This document shows, piece after piece, positions 10,665 to 25,604 of a stretch of 64,000 nucleotides of DNA. The stretch's first letter is position 1. Every line of letters starts with the position of its first letter. Source of the DNA: Escherichia coli (lineage in GTDB: Bacteria; Pseudomonadota; Gammaproteobacteria; Enterobacterales; Enterobacteriaceae); NCBI RefSeq assembly GCF_030013205.1, contig NZ_CP122648.1; one strand, given 5' to 3'. The notes beneath the pieces were generated by a model, which made no database searches, had not been told where the DNA came from, and saw nothing but the letters and a program-made list of their open reading frames with translations. The position numbers and the translations under genes were made by a program.

Positions 10665-12493
10665 GTGATCAGTTTGACGCAAAAGCGTTTTTAAAAACCG
10701 TAACCAGCCAGCCAGGCGTTTATCGCATGTATGATGCTGGTGGTACGGTTATCTATGTCGGCAAAGCGAAAGACCTGAAAAAACGGCTTTCCAGCTATTT
10801 CCGTAGCAACCTCGCTTCGCGCAAAACCGAAGCGCTGGTCGCCCAGATCCAGCAAATTGATGTAACGGTTACTCATACAGAAACCGAAGCGCTGTTGCTG
10901 GAACACAACTACATCAAACTCTATCAGCCGCGTTACAACGTTTTGCTACGCGATGATAAATCTTATCCTTTTATCTTCCTGAGTGGCGATACCCACCCGC
11001 GTCTGGCGATGCATCGTGGTGCGAAGCATGCCAAAGGTGAATATTTCGGCCCGTTCCCGAATGGCTATGCCGTACGTGAAACACTGGCGCTACTGCAAAA
11101 GATATTCCCCATTCGCCAGTGCGAAAATAGTGTTTATCGCAATCGCTCGCGTCCGTGTCTGCAATATCAGATAGGGCGCTGTCTGGGACCGTGCGTTGAA
11201 GGACTGGTGAGTGAAGAAGAATACGCTCAGCAGGTCGAGTATGTGCGCCTGTTTTTGTCTGGCAAAGATGATCAGGTGCTTACGCAACTCATTAGCCGTA
11301 TGGAAACTGCCAGCCAGAATCTGGAGTTTGAAGAAGCGGCACGTATTCGCGACCAAATTCAGGCGGTGCGACGCGTCACCGAAAAACAGTTTGTGTCCAA
11401 TACCGGCGACGACCTTGACGTTATTGGTGTGGCGTTCGATGCGGGCATGGCTTGTGTCCACGTATTGTTCATTCGTCAGGGTAAAGTGCTCGGCAGCCGC
11501 AGCTATTTCCCGAAAGTGCCGGGCGGTACGGAACTGAGCGAGGTGGTGGAAACCTTCGTAGGTCAGTTCTATTTACAAGGCAGCCAGATGCGCACCTTAC
11601 CGGGTGAGATCCTGCTCGATTTTAATCTTAGCGATAAAACGCTGCTCGCCGATTCCCTTTCAGAACTGGCGGGACGCAAGATTAATGTTCAAACTAAACC
11701 TCGCGGCGATCGGGCGCGTTATCTGAAACTCGCGCGCACCAATGCGGCGACGGCCTTAACCAGCAAACTTTCGCAGCAATCTACCGTTCACCAGCGGCTG
11801 ACCGCGCTTGCCAGCGTGTTGAAATTGCCGGAAGTGAAGCGGATGGAGTGCTTTGACATCAGCCATACCATGGGTGAACAAACCGTCGCTTCCTGTGTGG
11901 TGTTTGATGCCAACGGCCCGCTGCGTGCGGAGTATCGGCGCTATAACATTACTGGCATCACGCCGGGCGATGATTACGCGGCGATGAATCAGGTGCTGCG
12001 TCGGCGTTATGGTAAAGCTATCGACGACAGTAAGATCCCGGATGTGATCCTTATTGACGGCGGCAAAGGCCAGCTTGCGCAGGCGAAAAATGTTTTCGCC
12101 GAACTGGATGTCTCATGGGATAAAAATCATCCGCTGCTACTTGGTGTTGCCAAAGGAGCAGATCGTAAGGCTGGGCTGGAAACGCTGTTCTTTGAGCCGG
12201 AAGGTGAGGGATTTAGTTTGCCGCCAGATTCTCCCGCGCTGCATGTTATCCAGCATATTCGCGATGAATCACACGATCACGCGATTGGCGGGCACCGTAA
12301 AAAACGGGCGAAGGTCAAAAATACCAGTTCCCTGGAAACCATTGAAGGCGTCGGGCCAAAACGTCGGCAAATGTTGTTGAAATATATGGGCGGTTTGCAA
12401 GGTTTACGTAACGCCAGCGTCGAGGAAATTGCAAAAGTGCCGGGTATTTCGCAAGGTCTGGCAGAAAAGATCTTCTGGTCGTTGAAACATTGA
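10661..12493 (+). CDS. uvrC: excinuclease ABC subunit C UvrC, 610 aa
   Basis: [54 protein letters not shown]-terminus; GTG start overlaps uvrY stop (GTGA). Confidence 0.95.
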
Positions 12494-12549
12494 TGTCTCT
12501 GTAGCAACATAGGGGTAATCTTACTGACAACAGATAGTTACCCGTCATT

Positions 12550-13098
12550 ATGCAATTTAATATCCCTACGTTGCTTACACTGTTCCGTGTCATCCTTATC
12601 CCATTCTTTGTATTGGTCTTTTATTTGCCTGTCACCTGGTCGCCGTTTGCCGCCGCGCTCATTTTCTGCGTCGCGGCGGTGACTGACTGGTTCGATGGTT
12701 TTCTGGCACGCCGCTGGAATCAGAGTACCCGGTTTGGTGCTTTCCTTGACCCTGTCGCAGATAAAGTTCTCGTGGCTATCGCCATGGTGCTGGTAACCGA
12801 GCATTACCACAGCTGGTGGGTGACCTTACCGGCAGCAACGATGATCGCCCGTGAAATTATTATTTCTGCGCTACGCGAATGGATGGCGGAGTTGGGTAAA
12901 CGCAGTAGCGTGGCTGTCTCCTGGATTGGGAAAGTGAAAACCACTGCCCAGATGGTGGCGTTAGCCTGGCTGCTGTGGCGTCCGAACATTTGGGTTGAGT
13001 ACGCCGGTATTGCACTTTTCTTTGTGGCTGCGGTACTGACTCTGTGGTCAATGTTGCAATATTTGAGCGCTGCGCGTGCAGATTTGCTTGATCAGTGA
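12550..13098 (+). CDS. pgsA: CDP-diacylglycerol--glycerol-3-phosphate 3-phosphatidyltransferase PgsA, 182 aa
   Basis: [27 protein letters not shown]... with CDP-alcohol phosphatidyltransferase motif region. Confidence 0.93.
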
Positions 13099-13148
13099 TC
13101 GTTTCGGCGCAATTTTCAGCAAACGATCAAAAGTGGTGAAAAATATCG

Positions 13149-13176
13149 TTGACTCATCGCGCCAGGTAAGTAGAAT
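13149..13176 (+). promoter_or_regulatory. putative sigma70 promoter of the tRNA Gly-Cys-Leu operon
   Basis: TTGACT (13149-13154), 16-nt spacer, TAGAAT (13171-13176), A/T-rich upstream; about 75 nt before tRNA-Gly. Confidence 0.55.
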
Positions 13177-13249
13177 GCAACGCATCGAACGGCGGCACTG
13201 ATTGCCAGACGATAATAAAATCAAGTGATTAACTGATTGCTTGATGAAT

Positions 13250-13325
<76 letters not shown>

Positions 13326-13379
13326 GTTTAAAAGACATCGGCGTCAAGCGGATGTCTGGCTGAAAGGCCTGAAGAATTT

Positions 13380-13453
13380 GGCGCGTTAACAAAGCGGTTA
13401 TGTAGCGGATTGCAAATCCGTCTAGTCCGGTTCGACTCCGGAACGCGCCTCCA
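13380..13453 (+). tRNA. cysT: tRNA-Cys (anticodon GCA)
   Basis: ggcgcgttaacaaagcggttatgtagcggattGCAaatccgtctagtccggttcgactccggaacgcgcctcca. Confidence 0.95.
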
Positions 13454-13465
13454 CTTTCTTCCCGA

Positions 13466-13552
13466 GCCCGGATGGTGGAATCGGTAGACACAAGGGATTT
13501 AAAATCCCTCGGCGTTCGCGCTGTGCGGGTTCAAGTCCCGCTCCGGGTACCA
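13466..13552 (+). tRNA. leuZ: tRNA-Leu (anticodon TAA), long variable arm
   Basis: gcccggatggtggaatcggtagacacaagggattTAAaatccctcggcgttcgcgctgtgcgggttcaagtcccgctccgggtacca. Confidence 0.95.
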
Positions 13553-13595
13553 TGGGAAAGATAAGAATAAAATCAAAGCAATAAGCAGTGTCGTG

Positions 13596-13620
13596 AAACC
13601 ACCTTCGGGTGGTTTTTTTG
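13596..13620 (+). terminator. rho-independent terminator after tRNA operon
   Basis: hairpin aaaccacc-ttcg-ggtggttt followed by ttttt. Confidence 0.7.
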
Positions 13621-13747
13621 TGCCTGCAACTTGTCGTTACACCCTCCTTAATTTTTAATCACCGGCAAAGCCACTCAAAAAGTATCTCTGTTACGGACCG
13701 ACATGTAAGATAGGTGCTGGCGAGTTGAGATCCACAAGGAAAAGCGT

Positions 13748-14413
13748 ATGAAAACGGGACCGTTAAACGAAAGTGAGTTGGAATGGCTGGACGATATTCT
13801 GACCAAATACAACACTGACCACGCCATTCTTGATGTGGCGGAGCTGGACGGTTTATTGACGGCGGTGTTGAGTTCTCCGCAAGAGATTGAACCGGCACAG
13901 TGGCTGGTTGCCGTGTGGGGTGGGGCTGACTATGTGCCACGCTGGGCGTCAGAGAAAGAGATGACGCGCTTTATGAACCTGGCTTTTCAGCATATGGCCG
14001 ATACCGCAGAGCGTCTGAACGAATTCCCGGAGCAGTTTGAGCCGTTATTCGGCTTGCGAGAAGTCGATGGCAGCGAGCTGACGATTGTTGAGGAGTGGTG
14101 CTTTGGCTATATGCGGGGCGTGGCACTTTCTGACTGGTCAACGTTACCCGATTCGTTAAAACCAGCGCTGGAGGCGATTGCGCTGCACGGTACTGAGGAA
14201 AACTTCGAGCGGGTAGAGAAGATGTCGCCAGAAGCGTTTGAAGAGAGCGTAGATGCCATTCGACTGGCGGCGCTTGATTTACATGCATACTGGATGGCGC
14301 ATCCGCAGGAAAAAGCTGTTCAGCAACCGATCAAAGCAGAAGAGAAACCGGGTCGTAACGATCCTTGTCCGTGCGGCAGTGGTAAGAAATTTAAGCAGTG
14401 CTGCCTGCATTAA
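13748..14413 (+). CDS. yecA: UPF0149/SEC-C motif protein YecA, 221 aa
   Basis: C-terminal metal-binding motif [14 protein letters not shown]-terminus [22 protein letters not shown]. Confidence 0.9.
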   Translation: MKTGPLNESELEWLDDILTKYNTDHAILDVAELDGLLTAVLSSPQEIEPAQWLVAVWGGADYVPRWASEKEMTRFMNLAFQHMADTAERLNEFPEQFEPLFGLREVDGSELTIVEEWCFGYMRGVALSDWSTLPDSLKPALEAIALHGTEENFERVEKMSPEAFEESVDAIRLAALDLHAYWMAHPQEKAVQQPIKAEEKPGRNDPCPCGSGKKFKQCCLH

Positions 14414-14462
14414 GAGGTCAAATTGGGTGTCAGCGTTAATTCTGGCACCCAATAAGATCTAA

Positions 14463-15674
14463 TCACCCCACTTCTGGTAACAAGCCTGCTGCAATCAAAA
14501 ATTGCACGCTAATCACAGCAATACCACAGAGAAACACCACCACCAGCGCCGGACGACCACCTTTCACCCGGTAACCCGCCTGAGGATTGTGCTTTCTGCT
14601 TTGCCAGGTCAACAGCGAAGGGATAATCAATGCCAGTACCGCCAGCGCCACACCGGCGTAACCCAGCGCCATCACAAATCCTCGGGGATAAAACAGTGCA
14701 AACGCCAACGGCGGCAGAAAGGTAATTGCACCAGTTTGCAATCGTCCACCAACGGTATTTGAACGCTGAAACAAATCTGCCAGATAATCAAATAAACCTA
14801 ACGCAACGCCGAGAAATGACGTGGCGAGGGCTAAATCAGCAAATAAATGCACCGCCAGCTCAACATGCGGAGAGGCCACCATTTCGCGTAATGCCTGTAA
14901 CAGCCCGTTTAATCCGGCATGATTAGCCAGCAATCCCATAAAGGTTGTTGAATCAATGCTGCCAAGCGTCGCCACCTGCCAGAAAATATATGCCACCAGG
15001 GGGATCGCACTACCGATTATAAACACCCAGCGTAGCTTACGAATGTTGCCATCCATATAGCTGACAATACTCGGCACGCTACCGTGAAAACCAAACGAGG
15101 TAAAAATCACCGGGATTGCAGACAGAGCCAGCCCCTGTTGCAACGGCAGGGTTAAAAGATTCACTTTGTGAATATGCGGTAGCAGCAATACCAGCATCAC
15201 CACCAGAAAAATAATTTTGGCGCTGAACAGAAAACGGTTAAACAAATCGACCAGCGATGTCCCGACACAAACCACGCCACCGGCAACAAAAGTGAACAAC
15301 AGCACGCCAGCGGTTGCCGACATTGAAATACCTGTCCAGTCGCTGATGCTGGAGGCCAACAATTCACCGGCACCGCTGATGTATGCCGCAGTCAGAGCAT
15401 ACATTAAGAACATCATACTGAAGCCCGTCAGCCACTGACCGTAGCGTCCCAGATAGCGTTTTGCCAGCGTGCCCAGGCCGGTATCTGCCGGGACATGCTG
15501 GTACACCTCCAGCAGTAATAGCGCCGTGTAGCACATCAACGCCCAAAGCCCAATCAACAAGATTAACGTGACGCTAAAACCAACACCTGCAGCAGCCAGC
15601 GGCATTGCCAGCATGCCTGCGCCAATTGTGGTTCCCGCCACGATAAAAACACTTCCCAGAGTTCTGTTTTTCAC
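14463..15674 (-). CDS. tyrP: tyrosine-specific transporter TyrP, 403 aa
   Basis: [60 protein letters not shown]...; polytopic HAAAP-family permease. Confidence 0.93.
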   Translation of the reverse strand: MKNRTLGSVFIVAGTTIGAGMLAMPLAAAGVGFSVTLILLIGLWALMCYTALLLLEVYQHVPADTGLGTLAKRYLGRYGQWLTGFSMMFLMYALTAAYISGAGELLASSISDWTGISMSATAGVLLFTFVAGGVVCVGTSLVDLFNRFLFSAKIIFLVVMLVLLLPHIHKVNLLTLPLQQGLALSAIPVIFTSFGFHGSVPSIVSYMDGNIRKLRWVFIIGSAIPLVAYIFWQVATLGSIDSTTFMGLLANHAGLNGLLQALREMVASPHVELAVHLFADLALATSFLGVALGLFDYLADLFQRSNTVGGRLQTGAITFLPPLAFALFYPRGFVMALGYAGVALAVLALIIPSLLTWQSRKHNPQAGYRVKGGRPALVVVFLCGIAVISVQFLIAAGLLPEVG

Positions 15675-15765
15675 GCTTTCTTCTGTCCTGACGATCTTTA
15701 TGAGTGATATCTGCGGCGCAGGTTAAGGCATAACGGCTGCTTCGTCAAACCGGCGTTACATATGG

Positions 15766-15783
15766 TGTAAACATAAATGTACA
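15766..15783. promoter_or_regulatory. putative TyrR box upstream of tyrP
   Basis: TGTAAA-cataaa-TGTACA, close to TyrR consensus TGTAAA-N6-TTTACA, about 100 nt upstream of tyrP start; second weaker half-site-like sequence immediately upstream. Confidence 0.55.
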
Positions 15784-15865
15784 ATAAAATGCGTTCAGTC
15801 CTGCGCTGGCGCAAAGTCTTGGTAAGCGGCAATCGCTACGCTAGCCTTTTTTTTGAGGAGGAACG

Positions 15866-16105
15866 ATGGACTCTATTCACGGTCATGAAGTGTTAAATAT
15901 GATGATTGAATCAGGTGAGCAATATACGCATGCCAGTCTGGAAGCTGCGATTAAAGCGCGTTTTGGTGAACAGGCACGTTTTCACACTTGCTCGGCAGAA
16001 GGGATGACAGCGGGAGAGCTGGTAGCGTTTCTGGCAGCAAAAGGCAAATTTATACCTTCGGAAGAAGGTTTTTCGACCGATCAGAGTAAGATTTGCCGTC
16101 ACTGA
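15866..16105 (+). CDS. yecH: small protein YecH (DUF2492), 79 aa
   Basis: MDSIHGHEVLNMMIESGEQYTHASLEAAIKARFGEQARFHTCSAEGMTAGELVAFLAAKGKFIPSEEGFSTDQSKICRH. Confidence 0.85.
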   Translation: MDSIHGHEVLNMMIESGEQYTHASLEAAIKARFGEQARFHTCSAEGMTAGELVAFLAAKGKFIPSEEGFSTDQSKICRH

Positions 16106-16142
16106 TTTGAAACGGCGGCAGTAAACCTGCCGCCGGAGAACA

Positions 16143-16640
16143 TTAGTTTTGTGTGTCGAGGGTAGAGAGTTCTTTGTCGATAAAATACAAACCTTCGCCG
16201 CTTTTGCCTGCCAGGCTTAATTTATCAATAATCGATTTGAACAGTTTCTCTTCTTCATGCTGCTCAGAAACATACCATTGCAGGAAATTAAAAGTTGGGT
16301 AGTCCTGATTGGTCATTGCAGCATGAGCCAGTTCGTTAATTTGCTGGGTGATTAATTGTTCGTGTTTATAGGTTTCCTGGAATAATTCATCAAGTGAGGA
16401 ATATTCAGCAAACGGAGATTCAACGGTATTAATACGCGGTAAATTGCCGGTATCAGTCAGATAATCAAACAGACGCTGCATATGCGTCATCTCTTCCTGG
16501 GCGTGACGGCGCAGGAACGCGGCAGCACCTTCGAAGGTATGATAGCTGCACCAGGCGCTCATTTGCTGATAAAGCAGTGAAGAGTACAGTTCCAGGTTCA
16601 TCTGCTCATTAAGTTTTTCAATCATTTCTGGTTTCAGCAT
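16143..16640 (-). CDS. ftnA: ferritin FtnA, 165 aa
   Basis: [61 protein letters not shown] ferritin ferroxidase residues; ORF-track start trimmed. Confidence 0.93.
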   Translation of the reverse strand: MLKPEMIEKLNEQMNLELYSSLLYQQMSAWCSYHTFEGAAAFLRRHAQEEMTHMQRLFDYLTDTGNLPRINTVESPFAEYSSLDELFQETYKHEQLITQQINELAHAAMTNQDYPTFNFLQWYVSEQHEEEKLFKSIIDKLSLAGKSGEGLYFIDKELSTLDTQN

Positions 16641-16811
16641 GATAGTGCTCCACAAAGGTTATATTTGTTGCTGTGGCGTCACTATAATTTGTTATTTTAT
16701 TATTTGCAAAAGGTAAAATATAAACTTCATTTATTAAAAATACGAATGGGAATAAAACGCATTACCGCTATTTATTTAATCAGCGAAGATCCCCCTCGCT
16801 GATTAAAACAT

Positions 16812-17135
16812 TTAGAGAAAGACAGGGAAGGCGGAATGATGGCACTGATATGACAAAGTGAATTCCGTATTCAAACATAAGGAACCCGCAAAGAGGCTAC
16901 AGTTGCCTACTGGCTGACCAAAGGGGATAGCGTGGGTATAGCCTTCCTGCTGGCATGCGCGATCGGCGATCCCGCGACTGACATAACGATCGGTACGGGC
17001 ATGCTGCAAAAAAGCCTGATCATAAACCAACCGAACAATACCTGTTGCCGCGTCAACTTCGCCCACATGAGCCTGGCGAGTAACTGTGCACCCCGCCAGC
17101 GTTATTAATGAAAGAGTCAGAATCAGAAGTCTCAT
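16812..17135 (-). CDS. yecR: lipoprotein YecR, 107 aa
   Basis: MRLLILTLSLITLAGC lipobox signal then mature domain. Confidence 0.85.
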   Translation of the reverse strand: MRLLILTLSLITLAGCTVTRQAHVGEVDAATGIVRLVYDQAFLQHARTDRYVSRGIADRACQQEGYTHAIPFGQPVGNCSLFAGSLCLNTEFTLSYQCHHSAFPVFL

Positions 17136-17298
17136 GGTCCAGCCAGAAGAGTAAAAGAAAGCAGTATTTTACGCGTTACAGCGCTGCGACAATGGCCGGA
17201 AAAGACGCCTGGCAGGCGCTATTTCTCGCCATCTGTATGTGTCAGAAAGGGGGGGCTGCTTTTTGATTATCATTTTTATAACATTAAAGGGGTATTTA

Positions 17299-17314
17299 TG
17301 TGATTTGCATCACA
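17299..17314. promoter_or_regulatory. CRP binding site upstream of azuC
   Basis: TGTGA-tttgca-TCACA, perfect CRP half-sites with 6-nt spacer, about 85 nt upstream of azuC ATG. Confidence 0.6.
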
Positions 17315-17396
17315 TAAAGATTGATTTTTGTGATGGTTGTCATATTATAAGCGCAAAGACAATAACACCTGTATAACAAATGGTCGGAGTGCCGCG

Positions 17397-17483
17397 ATGA
17401 AACTGCGCAAAATCCTGAAAAGTATGTTCAACAACTATTGCAAAACGTTCAAAGACGTACCACCAGGCAATATGTTCCGATAA
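17397..17483 (+). CDS. azuC: small membrane-associated protein AzuC, 28 aa (absent from supplied ORF track)
   Basis: atgaaactgcgcaaaatcctgaaaagtatgttcaacaactattgcaaaacgttcaaagacgtaccaccaggcaatatgttccgataa = MKLRKILKSMFNNYCKTFKDVPPGNMFR, followed directly by a terminator. Confidence 0.75.
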   Translation: MKLRKILKSMFNNYCKTFKDVPPGNMFR

Positions 17484-17484
17484 C

Positions 17485-17512
17485 AAAAAACCTGCTCCGG
17501 CAGGTTTTTTTG
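17485..17512 (+). terminator. rho-independent terminator after azuC
   Basis: aaaaaacctgc-tccgg-caggttttttt. Confidence 0.75.
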
Positions 17513-17597
17513 TGTCCTGGTGACGGTGGATGTGACTATCGCTGAAGATGTGAAGCCGCTACTATAACGGCTTTCAAAATGCTATCAGGAGTTTACG

Positions 17598-17849
17598 ATG
17601 TCCCAGCCGCTGAATGCCGATCAGGAACTGGTTTCTGATGTGGTTGCTTGCCAGTTGGTTATCAAACAAATTCTGGATGTTCTCGATGTAATCGCGCCCG
17701 TTGAAGTTCGTGAAAAAATGTCCAGCCAGCTGAAGAATATCGACTTTACTAACCATCCCGCCGCCGCAGACCCGGTCACCATGCGGGCAATCCAAAAAGC
17801 CATCGCGCTGATTGAACTCAAGTTTACCCCACAGGGCGAATCCCATTAA
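17598..17849 (+). CDS. yecJ: small protein YecJ (DUF2766), 83 aa
   Basis: [83 protein letters not shown]. Confidence 0.85.
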
Positions 17850-17928
17850 AAAAACCGCGGCTTCAAAAAGATGAGGCAGCGGTTTCTCAAAAACTTCATC
17901 GGCGCAATGCATTAGCGCCGATGTATGA

Positions 17929-18432
17929 TCAATGCAGCTGATGCGACACGACATTCAGAACATGTTGGTCGGTCTGCACAGGGCACATACCCGCAAGTTT
18001 CGCACTGCGCACTTCATCAAGAATGGTTTGCAGCAACAGGCCATCATGCTGCTGTTCTTTTTCCAGATCGCGCAGGAAATTGACGGTTGAATCATCATTC
18101 AGTTCTTTCGCTTCATCGGCTAACTGCGCCAGCGTGCTTGAACGTTGCTCGTATTCTTCCATCGTTTTTTGGAACAGTTCTTCCAGAGAGTTCAGTTTTT
18201 CACCGGGAACATCAATGGCTTTAACGATGGGGGTAGCGCCGACACTCTTCATAAAGTTAAACATGCGCATCATTTGGGTCACGTTACTCTGTGCCTGGGC
18301 GCGAAGGAAAGTGGCGGTGCCGTTCAGACTCTGTTCAGAACACCAGTTACTCAGGTGAAGGTAGAGATTGGATGCGTAAAACTCGCGGTTCATTTGAGAG
18401 TTGAGTTTGAGAAGCATTCCAGCGGTTGCCAT
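17929..18432 (-). CDS. ftnB: ferritin-like protein FtnB, 167 aa
   Basis: [61 protein letters not shown], paralogous to FtnA. Confidence 0.9.
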   Translation of the reverse strand: MATAGMLLKLNSQMNREFYASNLYLHLSNWCSEQSLNGTATFLRAQAQSNVTQMMRMFNFMKSVGATPIVKAIDVPGEKLNSLEELFQKTMEEYEQRSSTLAQLADEAKELNDDSTVNFLRDLEKEQQHDGLLLQTILDEVRSAKLAGMCPVQTDQHVLNVVSHQLH

Positions 18433-19228
18433 ACCTAATATCCTTATATCCAGAAGTGGAGAGGTGCAAGATAAATCAAAACACCATAATTACTGTTTGC
18501 AGAATAATTCCTTTCTGCCGGTCCGAAATGTGATCGTGGAGTCAATTCTGACGATGATCTGAAATAAGAATAACGTCTGAGCGGGTATAAGAAAATGCTT
18601 AAATCATCAAGTTTATATATTTTTACATTTCATTGATGAAATCAATGTAACTGCAATGAATTTTAATGATAGTGCTTTTTGTATCTTGTTGATATTAATC
18701 GATGAATTTGAATTCATGATGAAGTGATGATTTTATAAAACGTTTTTTCATTTTTGCGAGATGGCTCTCATTATACGTGTTCTGTTAATTAATGAGCACA
18801 GTGATAATTAATGGCGAAATGAATGACGCGCATTTTCCACATCTTTGAGTTGTGGTTATTACACCATTTCAAAAACTCAACGCCAGGTAATGCGGCCTGT
18901 TGACTGGTTAAAAAGAAGACATCCCGCATGGGTACCAAAGACAACAAGGATTTCCAGGCTAATCTTATGGATTAATCTGCTGTGCACTAGCCAATTTGTC
19001 AGACAAATTGGCTTTTCCTTATGTCTTTTCCCGCTAAATTTATGCACGTTCTCACTGTAATTCTGCGATGTGATATTGCTCTCCTATGGAGAATTAATTT
19101 CTCGCTAAAACTATGTCAACACAGTCACTTATCTTTTAGTTAAAAGGTAATGCTTTGTTTTCCGATTAATTTAACGAATGTCATTCGTTTTTGCCCTACA
19201 CAAAACGACACTAAAGCTGGAGAGAACC

Positions 19229-20218
19229 ATGCACAAATTTACTAAAGCCCTGGCAGCCATTGGTCTGGCAGCCGTTATGTCACAATCCGCTATGGCGGAG
19301 AACCTGAAGCTCGGTTTCCTGGTGAAGCAACCGGAAGAGCCGTGGTTCCAGACCGAATGGAAGTTTGCCGATAAAGCTGGGAAGGATTTAGGGTTTGAAG
19401 TTATTAAGATTGCCGTGCCGGATGGCGAAAAAACATTGAACGCGATCGACAGCCTGGCTGCCAGTGGCGCAAAAGGTTTCGTTATTTGTACTCCGGACCC
19501 GAAACTCGGCTCTGCCATCGTGGCGAAAGCGCGTGGCTACGATATGAAAGTCATTGCCGTGGATGACCAGTTTGTTAACGCCAAAGGCAAGCCAATGGAT
19601 ACCGTTCCGCTGGTGATGATGGCAGCGACCAAAATTGGCGAACGTCAGGGCCAGGAACTGTATAAAGAGATGCAGAAACGTGGCTGGGATGTCAAAGAAA
19701 GCGCGGTGATGGCGATTACCGCCAACGAACTGGATACGGCTCGTCGCCGTACTACGGGGTCTATGGATGCGCTGAAAGCTGCAGGATTCCCGGAAAAACA
19801 AATTTATCAGGTACCTACCAAATCTAACGACATCCCGGGGGCATTTGACGCTGCCAACTCAATGCTGGTTCAACATCCGGAAGTTAAACATTGGCTGATC
19901 GTCGGTATGAACGACAGCACCGTACTTGGCGGCGTACGCGCGACGGAAGGTCAGGGCTTTAAAGCGGCCGATATCATCGGTATCGGTATTAACGGTGTGG
20001 ATGCGGTGAGCGAACTGTCTAAGGCACAGGCAACCGGCTTCTACGGTTCCCTGCTGCCAAGCCCGGACGTACATGGCTATAAATCCAGCGAAATGCTTTA
20101 CAACTGGGTAGCAAAAGACGTTGAACCGCCAAAATTTACCGAAGTTACCGACGTGGTATTGATCACGCGTGACAACTTTAAAGAAGAACTGGAGAAAAAA
20201 GGTTTAGGCGGTAAGTAA
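19229..20218 (+). CDS. araF: L-arabinose-binding periplasmic protein AraF, 329 aa
   Basis: MHKFTKALAAIGLAAVMSQSAMAENLKLGFLVKQPEEPWFQTEWKFADKAGKDLGFEVIKIAV...; ORF-track start trimmed. Confidence 0.94.
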   Translation: MHKFTKALAAIGLAAVMSQSAMAENLKLGFLVKQPEEPWFQTEWKFADKAGKDLGFEVIKIAVPDGEKTLNAIDSLAASGAKGFVICTPDPKLGSAIVAKARGYDMKVIAVDDQFVNAKGKPMDTVPLVMMAATKIGERQGQELYKEMQKRGWDVKESAVMAITANELDTARRRTTGSMDALKAAGFPEKQIYQVPTKSNDIPGAFDAANSMLVQHPEVKHWLIVGMNDSTVLGGVRATEGQGFKAADIIGIGINGVDAVSELSKAQATGFYGSLLPSPDVHGYKSSEMLYNWVAKDVEPPKFTEVTDVVLITRDNFKEELEKKGLGGK

Positions 20219-20287
20219 TTTGCCGGAAAAATTCCCCTCTGCATGATGCAGAGGGGGTGTGAACGACCAGTGATTCACGGAGACGTT

Positions 20288-21802
20288 ATGCAACAGTCTA
20301 CCCCGTATCTCTCATTTCGCGGCATCGGTAAAACGTTTCCCGGCGTTAAGGCGCTGACGGATATTAGTTTTGATTGCTATGCCGGTCAGGTTCATGCGTT
20401 GATGGGTGAAAATGGCGCAGGAAAATCAACTCTCTTAAAAATCCTCAGCGGCAACTATGCGCCAACCACGGGTTCTGTAGTGATTAATGGGCAGGAAATG
20501 TCCTTTTCCGACACGACCGCAGCACTTAACGCGGGTGTGGCGATTATTTACCAGGAACTGCATCTCGTGCCGGAAATGACCGTCGCGGAAAACATCTATC
20601 TCGGCCAGCTGCCGCATAAAGGCGGCATTGTGAATCGCTCATTGCTGAATTATGAGGCGGGTTTACAACTTAAACATCTTGGTATGGATATTAACCCGGA
20701 CACGCCGCTGAAATATCTCTCCATTGGTCAGTGGCAGATGGTTGAAATCGCCAAAGCGCTGGCGCGTAACGCCAAAATCATCGCCTTTGATGAGCCAACC
20801 AGCTCCCTCTCTGCCCGTGAAATCGACAATCTTTTCCGCGTTATTCGTGAACTGCGAAAAGAGGGGCGGGTGATCTTATACGTTTCTCACCGTATGGAAG
20901 AAATATTTGCCCTCAGCGATGCCATCACCGTCTTTAAAGATGGGCGTTATGTCAAAACCTTTACTGATATGCAGCAGGTTGACCACGACGCCCTGGTGCA
21001 GGCGATGGTCGGGCGCGACATCGGTGATATCTACGGCTGGCAACCGCGTAGTTATGGCGAGGAGCGCCTGCGTCTTGATGCTGTGAAAGCACCAGGCGTG
21101 CGTACGCCAATAAGTCTGGCGGTTCGCAGTGGAGAAATTGTCGGTCTGTTTGGTCTGGTCGGGGCAGGGCGTAGCGAATTAATGAAAGGCATGTTTGGCG
21201 GTACGCAAATTACCGCCGGTCAGGTTTATATCGACCAACAGCCGATCGATATTCGTAAACCGAGCCACGCCATTGCCGCAGGCATGATGCTCTGCCCGGA
21301 AGATCGCAAAGCCGAAGGCATTATTCCTGTGCACTCCGTTCGCGACAATATCAACATCAGTGCCAGACGTAAACATGTGCTCGGCGGTTGTGTAATCAAC
21401 AACGGTTGGGAAGAAAACAATGCCGATCACCACATTCGTTCGCTCAACATCAAAACGCCGGGCGCGGAGCAACTGATCATGAATCTCTCAGGCGGAAATC
21501 AGCAAAAAGCCATTCTGGGCCGCTGGTTATCGGAAGAGATGAAGGTCATTTTGCTGGATGAACCTACGCGCGGCATTGATGTTGGCGCTAAGCACGAAAT
21601 ATATAACGTAATTTATGCGCTGGCGGCGCAGGGTGTGGCGGTGCTGTTTGCCTCCAGCGACTTACCTGAAGTCCTCGGCGTTGCCGACCGGATTGTGGTG
21701 ATGCGGGAAGGTGAAATCGCCGGTGAATTGTTACACGAGCAGGCAGATGAGCGTCAGGCACTGAGCCTTGCGATGCCTAAAGTCAGCCAGGCTGTTGCCT
21801 GA
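20288..21802 (+). CDS. araG: L-arabinose ABC transporter ATP-binding protein AraG, 504 aa
   Basis: Duplicated ABC ATPase: Walker [10 protein letters not shown] and GLVGAGRSE, signatures [12 protein letters not shown] and [15 protein letters not shown]-track start trimmed. Confidence 0.94.
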   Translation: MQQSTPYLSFRGIGKTFPGVKALTDISFDCYAGQVHALMGENGAGKSTLLKILSGNYAPTTGSVVINGQEMSFSDTTAALNAGVAIIYQELHLVPEMTVAENIYLGQLPHKGGIVNRSLLNYEAGLQLKHLGMDINPDTPLKYLSIGQWQMVEIAKALARNAKIIAFDEPTSSLSAREIDNLFRVIRELRKEGRVILYVSHRMEEIFALSDAITVFKDGRYVKTFTDMQQVDHDALVQAMVGRDIGDIYGWQPRSYGEERLRLDAVKAPGVRTPISLAVRSGEIVGLFGLVGAGRSELMKGMFGGTQITAGQVYIDQQPIDIRKPSHAIAAGMMLCPEDRKAEGIIPVHSVRDNINISARRKHVLGGCVINNGWEENNADHHIRSLNIKTPGAEQLIMNLSGGNQQKAILGRWLSEEMKVILLDEPTRGIDVGAKHEIYNVIYALAAQGVAVLFASSDLPEVLGVADRIVVMREGEIAGELLHEQADERQALSLAMPKVSQAVA

Positions 21803-21816
21803 GTAAGGAGAGTATG

Positions 21817-25169
<3,353 letters not shown>

Positions 25170-25175
25170 GTGCGG

Positions 25176-25604
25176 TTAATCTCCCGTAAGTGGAACTAAC
25201 AGCACATCGACCTCACTTGAGGCAATCACTCTTTTCGCCGAGCAGGATGCTCGCGAAAAGAAACTGTGATTGTGATTACCGCAAATCACCAAATCGAAAT
25301 GATATTTGCGACAAACTTCCAGAATATGTTCGCTTAACTCACCGTAGGCAATAAACGTCTTGTCAACGGGATACCCCGCATCCTGAATTAACTTATCAAG
25401 AAAGCTTTGCGTTTCTTCCTGCATCACGCTGCGTAAATCTTCAAGCATCGGCGCAGCTAATTGATTGTACATTTCCGGGTCGGACGCGAGAGTAATTAAA
25501 CTGATGTGTCCCTTTACTGGCCTGGCGATAGATACCGCTTTTGCCAGCAGTTGCTGACTTTCCGGTGTAACCGCAACGGCGACAAGAATATTGCTATAGC
25601 TCAT
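25176..25604 (-). CDS. uspC: universal stress protein UspC, 142 aa
   Basis: MSYSNILVAVAVTPESQQLLAKAVSIARPVKGHISLITLASDPEMYNQLAAPMLEDLRSVMQEETQSFLDKLIQDAGYPV... Confidence 0.9.
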   Translation of the reverse strand: MSYSNILVAVAVTPESQQLLAKAVSIARPVKGHISLITLASDPEMYNQLAAPMLEDLRSVMQEETQSFLDKLIQDAGYPVDKTFIAYGELSEHILEVCRKYHFDLVICGNHNHSFFSRASCSAKRVIASSEVDVLLVPLTGD

